From Cenococcum geophilum (Eukaryota): a stretch of 64,000 nt of DNA. Where the stretch lies: the NCBI GenBank assembly GCA_050273025.1, contig CP158636.1, forward strand, positions 5,518,001-5,582,000. Direction: 5' to 3'. Within the stretch, counting starts at the first letter, position 1; the number at the start of each line of letters is the position of its first letter. Positions 54,884 to 64,000 of this stretch are shown here, in pieces. The notes under the pieces were generated by a model. That model ran no database searches. It saw only the letters and a program-made list of their open reading frames with translations, and was not told where the DNA came from. The translations under genes were made by a program, and so were the position numbers.

Positions 54884-56971
54884 GTCTTTAGTAGCTAAAG
54901 GTAATAAAGGCAAGTATAGGAGAGTATTGGTTAAGGGTAGAAATATAATACTAGGAGTAAAGGATAGAGGATAGAGGAAGGATGCATAATAGAGGCGCGT
55001 TAGAGGCTAGTAGGTAGAAAAGACGTGGCTTAGTAGACCGAGGTTTATCTAAGACTACTAACTGCTTTAAAGGAAAAGTTCTATCCTGCACTAGTTAAGA
55101 AGACGCTAGTATATTTTAACTAGGTTAAAGAGGGTAGGCTAATAAAGGCTAATTCTAAGATATCCAGATCAGAAAGTGACGAGTCTTTTTATTTAGTTTG
55201 ATTTGGTTTTATTCTTACGCCATAGGGTGCTAAGAAGGGCTATAGGCTTACTAAGCTAATCTAATCTAATCGGAATAACTCTACGTTTTATAATAAGTCT
55301 TTTCTTTATAGAGGACTAAATAAGTTATGGGCTGGCTGACTTATTGCTGCTAAGTATATAAAGGTGGAGAACTTATAAGCTTACTGTAAGCGAGTCTCTT
55401 AACTTCAATCCAATATGCAAAAACTTGTCCATATACGCAAACAATAACAAGATATTCTTAATATAGAAGCAACTAGATAGAAATAAAACACCAAGCTAAG
55501 GAAATCCTAATTAACGCCTTAATTCTTAATGCCGAAAGACAAGAATATAATTGCAAAAATCTTCCTTATAAGAAATTTCTTATACCTTAGACCTCTTAGG
55601 ATCTCTATCTACAGTAGGATTCACCTTTCTCTTGCGTACCCTTCTCCTTAATATCTCTTCTAATAAATCCTCTAATGCCTTTCCTAGTTAATCTCCTTAC
55701 TTGTACGGTTTGCTCCTCTTAGCTATCTCTATTATAATATCTTTAAGTAGTTTATATACCTCAGCATAATAGCGAAAGAGATGGGGATTCTCAGCATAGT
55801 ATAATACAAGTTTATTTGGTGGTATGTCTACGGCTAAAACCTAGGTAGGATACTAGTATATTACTGCGATAGGGCCGAACGTAGATATAAATGATTTATA
55901 ACTAGGGCTTCGGAGATGTCTTAAGTCCTTTATTATAAAACAAGAAGGCAACTATAAGACGAGATACTTTAGTTATCTACGCGAAATCATAGCATCGGAA
56001 ATCGTTAATATTTTAGATGGGGAAGATGTAACTCTAAGAAACGTTATAAGATTAGCTAAGCTATTCCCTGCTTACTTATTAGTATTACTAAATAAATATA
56101 AATGTTTTATAAACATACCTAGAGGCACCGGCAAACCTTTAATATGAACCTCTTTTAGTTAAGGTAAGTCTGTTTTAGCCTCGCTATGGCTCTCTATTAG
56201 CTTAGGTAAGACTATCTTAGTTTTACTATAGCCTTTTAGGCTCTTAAGGTAATTGGCGTATATTTCCGTATCTTCTTATATATTACCCTCCATATTGTTG
56301 TCGATTTTATAAGAGTTGACCCTATTAGGTATTTAAGTAGGCGTATAAGGTATCTGTTTCTGCATAGGGTCGGAAAGCTATAATTATTTCTTTTCCCTGC
56401 TGGCAAATGCTATGTCTTTATTATTAATGCGATTTTAGGATAATTTAAGGGTTCTAGCAAGTTAACGAATAGGTATATTATCTTTAGGGCAATAGTATAT
56501 TGTAATATTTTCATAAGTACTAATTAAGGACCTATAGGTTATATTAGCAACGTATTTAAGCTTAGTTAAGGTAATATATATAATGTTTGGTATTCTTATA
56601 AGGATAGTAAGGGATATATAGTTAAGAGATCAAATTTAGAGGTAAGTCGAATTAATAGCATATAAAAATTAGGAGTATGACGTTTATATTCCATTTCTTT
56701 CCTAGGGCGGAGTTAGGACAGAAGGCAGAAGGGAAAGGCGAAGTATACTAGCCGCCCTTTTCCACTTTATGTAGTGTCTATAGTACAATATTTAGTAGCT
56801 GTAATTACTCTTAGCTTATATATCGTCTACGCCTAAGACTATAGGCGCCTAAAGTGATCTATAAGTAAAGCATTAAGTGAGGCATTATTAGGGATAGCTA
56901 TTAGCTAAGCTATTACTGAATTTAAACGGCTGATAATTCCTAATAGACGCTGTATACCTTAGTAGGGTTCA

Positions 56972-57324
56972 GAGGCGTTTGTATAAAGTTGTAAACTAGA
57001 ATTAGAAGTTAACAATGACCCCTAATAACGCCTCTTTTAGCAGGAATAGTATTATATAATCTACTTCCGACGCCTATCTTTCCTGGGGCAAGATACTACC
57101 TAAGTAATACACTTATCCTAGCCAGTCAATCTTATATATTGACCCCCTATCTGTGGTAAAGGAGCTATTAGTGCCTATAGGGTGGTTTAATTAGTATTCT
57201 GGCTAAGCCTTTTATAAGCGCTCCGCCTTATACGGGCAGTAATTAACTCCTATTAATCTGCCTTGCGTTAGGGGAGATCTTTTACTTAAGGCGCTAAGCA
57301 GCCAGTACTTAGAGGTCTATAGAC
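56972..57324 (+). repeat. ~355-bp dispersed direct repeat, copy 2 (pair: 51760-52115)
   Basis: Colinear with copy 1. Confidence 0.92.
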
Positions 57325-58374
57325 ATATTTTATATCCCAACAGTATTAACTATAACTCCTTAAGTAGTATCCTGCAACCCTTAAGTACCTATAAGTATAC
57401 TATCCCTAAATTGCTAGCTACTAGGCAGGCATTTATAGATAGAGAAACTGACTTTAGAGATAACGATAGCGACCTAGAGGCGTGGACTAGTTGCGAAAGT
57501 GACTTTAGTAATGAGGATTAAGAATAAAACGCAGAGACATTATACGGCAAAGAAAATAGTTTCAGTACTAAAGATCAAAAAATAGGGATAGACGGTGGTG
57601 AAGAGGTGTTAAGCGACGAGGCTATATAGGCGACGGTTAAATACGGCGGCCTTGACTTTATAGTCTTAAATTTATAAGTAAAGGATAAAAATGTAAAGAA
57701 GAGTTCTAATAAAAGCTGGTAAAAGGGTTAAAACTTTAGCCTCTTTTTATTTAGCCTATCGCGAAACAAAATGATATTTTACTATTCCCACTAGAGTCTC
57801 TGCCCGCTTAACTTATAGCGAGCTATAAAGTATTCGCGATAATCTATGCTTCCACTTAAATGAATTTATTTATTACCTTAAAAGCGATAATAGAAGGTAA
57901 ATCTATGCTAATAACCTAGGATTTTTTAAATTTCTTATGGGCCTAGGACGTATGCCATATTAGCAAGTATTAGTTATGTTTAAGACTACGGCACTTATAG
58001 ATTTATATCTTAAGGATATAAACATATTTTTTTATAGTATTTTCTTTCTATTTAAATCATTTCTCTACTTATAGTACCTAGCGGTTATTTATCTATTCCA
58101 GTATAGTAGGGAGGGGTAGTTGGGTTACGCGAGGGGGCTTAGACTTATAGCTACGCTTATAGGGCTGTTTATATAGGAACTTCTCCAAGTATATATAAGG
58201 GGGGTGCGAGTCATTACAAAGTCTATATATATGGGAACTTCTTTAATGTTTTTAGATCTTAGACTTATATATTTCCTTTTTTTATAATTTTGGTATTTTC
58301 TTAATATTTGCTTCCCATTTATATGCTAGGCGTTAATAGAGGGTGTTAGGTCAGATCACCCTACTTATATAAAT

Positions 58375-58960
58375 ACTCTGCTTACACGATCACTCTGCTT
58401 ATACAATCACTCTACTCGTACGATCGCCTAGCTCGCACGATTACCTAGTTTGCACGATCACCTAGTTCGTACAATCACCTAGCTCGCACGATTACCCAGC
58501 TCGCATAATTACCTAGCTCGCATAATCGCCTAGCTCGCATAATCGCCTAGTTCGCACGATCGCCCAGCTTGTATAATTGCCTAGCTTGTAGGATTGCCTA
58601 GCTCCTATAAGCACTATACTCGCACGATTACCTAGCTTATAAAATCGGCCAGCTCCCACGAGCATCCAGCTCGCACGATTATCCAGTTCGCACAATTACC
58701 TAGCTTATAGGATTGCCCAGCTCCCACGAGCACTATGCTCGCACGATTACCTAGCTTATAAAATCGGCCAGTTCCTATAAGCATCTAGCTCGCACGATTA
58801 AAGCCGAAGTTATTAAACCTATTAATACCTAGTTTGCACGCTAGGCATTAATTAAAGGGCGCTAGGTTAGATTACCCTACTTATACGATTACCTACCTCG
58901 TAGGATCCCCCAGCTCCTATAAGCCCCCAGCTCCTATAACCTCCTAACTTATAGGACCGA
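58375..58960. repeat. 17-bp minisatellite (GCTCGCACGATCGCCCA) with a 119-bp higher-order duplication
   Basis: Consecutive 17-bp units from 58431; block 58581-58680 recurs at 58700-58800 (offset 119 = 7x17). Confidence 0.9.
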
Positions 58961-60372
58961 AGCTATAGCTACTAAATCCGTTAAGATCCTAGCTGTATAT
59001 TTAGAGGGCGCTACGCCTAACTACTTAGCTTACTCTTTTTATAGAATCCTTTAATTAATTAATAGTACTTAAAGGAAATCGTTACGGAGGAAGTAAGGAA
59101 TAATGGTTAGAGTAGTAAAACATGGATATAAGAGCATTTATAAGCGCGTATTAAATTTATCCTCTAATAGCTAGCACTATTTAATTTTGATTTAATAAAC
59201 TATGCCGAATATATAGTACTTTCTAACTTTAAGACTAAAGATAAACCATAACCAGATCCTTATTGCTACTACCCCTCTTATTTATAGCTCCCGGTATTAG
59301 TGTTATAGCTACCTTTTTTAATAAAACTTATATTTGCACTTAGAACAATAAAGGTGCGTATATTTGTAAACTTTAATAGGTCCTTTAATAGGTCCGTGTC
59401 TAGCTTAATATTAACACTCTCTTACTGTTAGCAGTGCTATACAAATATAAGCAGGTATGCTTATATAGTACTAAGTTTTTATATCTAACATATCTAACTC
59501 TTTATACGGTATGCCTATAACGTACTAAGTTATTATATCCGACTCTATATTTGGCTCTTTTTCCGTTTCTATTAAACATTCCTTATAGGCTTCGTGTTTA
59601 CATATATACGTTATTCCACGTTTTAGCGGACTATCTCCGTAGGAACACTAACAGCGGTTATAATAAGCTTAACAATTAAAAAGGCTAGACTTACATAATA
59701 CTAGACTAGATAGCTGGATACGGGAGGCTAGGAGTGGCTAGCCTCTGTAACTTCCGTTACGAGAAACCTATATAGCCTATATCAGCACTATTAAAATAGT
59801 AATAGTGGTCGAGGCCTATATAGGTTTAGACTATACGTATATTAAATGCCTATAATCAAAACACCTTTCCTTAATTGCAAGTCCAACTCCGTTATAACTA
59901 TGCTATACCTTTTATTAGACCATTTAATATTATTATAGAAGGATACATACGCAAATCTAACGTTGCTGCTACGACTAAAATTGTTATTATAGGGCCTGTG
60001 GAATTATCTAATAGCAAAACTTATAATATGTAATTTATAACTTTTAGGGTAATCTTTTTAGGTAAATTTAACAAGCGTGTTTTTTTCCTAGTTAGATCCG
60101 GTACTAAGATTAAGCTTTTTAAGTTGCTCTAATAGTTGCGTGTATTTCTCCATGCTAGATATTCCTCGCTAGGATTAAGAATAGGAAGGTTAAAAGTTTA
60201 GAATTTATAGGTAGATATACAGGGCAGCCTAAAAGGCAGAAGTCTCGGCATATTATATAAACTTTTATATTTGGCAGGCCGTATATTATTTATAGCTACT
60301 AACACAGAGATCTATAAAGCGTACTATGCTCGCTATAAGGCGTACTAGCTATCTATAAGGCGTATATGCTAT

Positions 60373-62780
60373 TTATAAAGCGTATATGCTAGCTTTTAAC
60401 CCCCTCCGTTCCGTTTACATTATCCGCCGCTATCTATATTTTGTAGTATAATCCACGTCAGTTAAGCAACTTAGTATAACTTCCCCTTTCTTTTATCTCT
60501 CCTTTTTTTAAGAAAATAATTTTATCGGCACCCTTAACTATACTAAGACGATAAGCAATAGTTAAAATTATTTAACCTTTCCCCCGACTTTTAAGCGATT
60601 CGCGAATCGATTTCTCCGTTATATTATTTATAGCAGATGTGGCTTCGTTAAGAAGCAAAATCTTTAGATTTTTAAGAAAGGCCCTCGCAATGGAAACGCG
60701 TTGACGCTTACCGCCTAAGAGTTTAATACCTCCTTCCCTAACTACTATGTTATATCTAATATTATAACGTATAATCCGTTTATATATAAAAGCGGCTTTA
60801 TAGCTTTCTATAATTTTAATATTATTAGTATAGAGCCCGTACGATGCAATTTCCCTAATTAACTTATTTAGTATTTTAAGGTTTTAGGGTATAACTGCAA
60901 TATTTTCTCGCAGACTTCTTAGTGTGACGTCACTAATATTTTGGCCGTTGATTTTAATGCTCCCTTCACTAGGGTTAATAAACCGCTTTAGAAGATTAAG
61001 AAGTATAGACTTGCTGCTTTTAGTTAGTCCAATAAGTATAATAGTCTTTCCGCCCTTAACTATAAAACTAATCTTCTTTACTACTGGCTCGTCGGCGTAA
61101 GAAAATAAGACGTTATTAAATTTAACGCGGCTAGCAGTAACCTCAAGGTATATTACTCCTTCTTTGTTAACAATAGATGGCTTAGTTTAAAGAAGTTTGG
61201 AAAAGCGTTCCCCTATACTAAGGCAGCCTATTAGCATATCGTACGTTTGTATAAGATAGCCTATAAACGTAAATATATTTTACTAGAAACCGATTAAAAT
61301 AAACAAGCCGCCTACACTTGCGGTATCCTACGTAAGGCGAATAAGTAAGACTAGTACTGAGATTGCTAGGCTAATTGCTTTTAATCCCTCCCTAAACAGA
61401 CTAGTAAAAAGTTATAAACACTTTATTTATAATCCTAGTTTGTTACTATCTATTAACATAGAGGAATATCCGCGCCACTCTTGATCTTAATAATTAGCTG
61501 TTTTTACTAGATCCTAGTATATAACTATGTCGTACTTAATCTGGCCCTCCTTATACCTATTTATACTATAGTCTTAATGCATTTAAAAAAGCTTAGGATT
61601 TTAACGAGCTTAGTCTAGATATAAATGACGATTACGCCTATTATAATAAGTCCTATATATGCATTGATAAAGTGCGAGAAATAAACTACAAAGGTGATGA
61701 CGTTAATTGCGAAAGGTATTAAATCGAGGATTAGACTCTCCGTAAGATGGATATACTATTCTCCTAAGACTATAACCTTTAAGACTTCCCTAGAGCTATT
61801 ATTGCTATAGAAGTCTAGTAAAAGTGTTATAACGTGTCTTAAGGCGTGCTCTTTTAGGTTACGTATTAAACATTCTATAACGTGCCCCTTTATATACGAG
61901 TTAAACCGGTTTAGAACGAAGGTAAGTAGCGCCATTACCTATAAGATAAATTCTCGAACAGGAATGGAACCTTTAGTAGTTAGTTAATATAACTTAGAAA
62001 GGACAAGAATATAGACCAGATCTATCTATAGTAGTATCTATAAGTGCACCCGTTTATATTAATGGCAATATCACCAGTGGCCTAGCTAAGATTTGTAGAA
62101 TACCCACTAGGCAAAGCAACGACCATATTTTTGAGTCCTTTAGCCGTAGGTACGGTATAACTACTAAGAGATCCTCCAAATAATCCCGCTAGCTTTTAAT
62201 GTCACTAGCTTAAGGCTGCTTAAGTAGCGGTTCCGCTTCGCTTACTAGGTAAGGTGTTCTATATAAAATAGAGAGCCTAACCAATAGAAATATCCTTAAA
62301 ATTGGTATTGTAAGGCGTACAACTTAATAGATGTTAATTAATTAGCTAACGGTAAAGATGATAAAACGGGCGACTTTAAGGATATAGGTAATTAGGCAAG
62401 AGCCAAAATAAAAATGCCTTAGGTGAATTAATTTAAGTTAAAAAAGGATCTAAATAGTACTCTATATAAGTATTGAACTTTCTATAAAGACCTAAACGTC
62501 TAGTTAGTATAGAACTATAATTCTATATAGGGACGTTATATATATGCGTATAGAGTAATTTGCTAGTATATAGCCTAGAGAATACCTTTTATACCCTAGC
62601 CATTATTAGATATGCTTATAGTTGCAGAATTTAGATACTTATATAGCTGGCTACAATTTTTACCACCATCTATGATATATAAGTTAGCCGCTTCCTATAT
62701 ATAACTAGTAATAACTACGATCTTATAGATTACACGGTACAGGAAAGGAAAGAAATAACTAAAAGGACGGAATAGATATA
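60373..62780 (-). pseudogene. Half-size ABC-B transporter pseudogene (HMT1/ATM1-like)
   Basis: Walker A region GKTIILIGLTKSSKS, INGQNISDVTLRSLRENIAVIP, signature LLGGKRQRVSIARAFLKN.KILLLNEATSA and IAYRLSIVKGADKIIFL..G.I.ERG, preceded by a TMD. The 5' boundary is approximate. Confidence 0.9.
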
Positions 62781-64000
62781 GTTAATAGTCTTAAATAGCT
62801 GTATAATTTGTGGTTTTATAGAATAAGATATATTTACTATAATAATTTTTAAGCAAGACAGCCTACTAGACCTTTTATACCTAGTCTCCCCCAAATAGCT
62901 AAAGAACTAAAAATGAGGTAGAATTGTCACTAAAACCTAATATTAGATTAGGGCCTAGATACCGGACAAGAACGTATATAGAGCGAAATTATCCAACGGA
63001 TAGGGACTAGGATAATAGCAACTCTTAGTTAGTATCTAGTAGAGCGTAGGTATATATAGCAGATTCTATATACGCTAGGGGAGTTTAGATAAGGTGGATA
63101 AAAAAGGGCTATATGGCAAACTAGTATTAAGTAGTATTAATCTAACGCTTTAGGATAGAATCCCCCTTCCACTAAATACCCGCTTTATATTGGTTCTTCG
63201 CCCGCCTTATATATCCTTATCCCGGCTATTTATTACTTATTCCCTCTCCTTATAGGGTTCTAAGGTAGCTTACGCGGTATTTTAGGTTTAATACTTAATT
63301 AGTTTATAAAATCCTAAGGCCTATCTAGTATCTCGGGTTAACTATTTAATTGGCTTACCTCTTATTACGCTAAAACTTAAATAAGTATTTGTATTAACTA
63401 TTTATAACTAAAACTGACTAGATGGAATTATGCCCTAAAATTATGCCCTAGGGAAATTGCTCTTAACAGCCTATAATATACGCTACTGAAAAACCTTATT
63501 ATATATTGGGGACATGTTCGCTTCCTATAGCCCGTCCGCTATATAAGTTTAAACCTCCTTTTAGATAGGTAGAGGAACCTATATCTAAGAATTATAGGTT
63601 TTAGTAAGATCCTTAGCTTTTTTACGCAATAAGTACTACCTAACGTTAACTGATACTTTATAGTGCGTATAATATATAGCTTACTAAGAAGTATTTCCAT
63701 TTATCATCTGTATATCCTGCAATAGTACGTGCGTCTTAGCTAGACTTATAAGACATAGTGGTATTAAAACGGAAGATTAGGACGATATAATATGACTTAA
63801 GCAGGGTTGTAAGATAAAGACCTAATCGTTCCGACTAATTATATCGCTCCAACCATTCTAACTATTTTAACCATTCTAACTATTCTAACCGGTACAACCC
63901 GCTTACCGTCTCTGGACGCCACCAATAAAGCCTTAAATTAGTATAAAAATCCCACCCCTAGTAACTGTCGCCTTAATACGTCTTCCTATATCCCTAATAC

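Noticed and set aside
58513..58695. 60-aa repetitive ORF / CRISPR-like array
   Set aside because: The 17-bp unit is not a multiple of 3 and there are no spacers; it is a minisatellite.
63851..63890. CCATTCTAA repeats as a telomere-like tract
   Set aside because: Only ~4 degenerate 9-bp units, not CCCTAA, and internal to the sequence.

Overview
This is eukaryotic (filamentous ascomycete-type) DNA that has been heavily hit by repeat-induced point mutation (RIP). TpA is pervasive, CpA/TpG is depleted, and nearly all genes are broken by TAA/TAG stops, so the ORF track is mostly uninformative; the calls below come from reading through the stops by eye. The left half (1-35 kb) is a nest of transposons. 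It holds a minus-strand Plavaka-type DNA transposon whose neighbouring DUF6532-like gene is interrupted by a Tad1-like LINE with a 13-bp TSD. It also holds a candidate ~23.4-kb Plavaka element (10885-34260) bounded by 9-bp subterminal arrays. Inside that element are a Gypsy remnant, a Helitron Rep remnant and two diverged copies of a ~1060-codon gene resembling a 2OG-Fe(II) dioxygenase fold that lacks the metal ligands. The right half (35-64 kb) is a RIP-destroyed accessory gene block: an AAA ATPase, a FunK1 kinase, a Ca2+/H+ exchanger, an HMT1/ATM1-like ABC transporter and unknown genes. A chromodomain gene sits in a ~2-kb island that largely escaped RIP and is the only plausibly still-coding gene. 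No Starship captain (DUF3435) was recognised inside the window. Boundaries of RIP-degraded genes are approximate.
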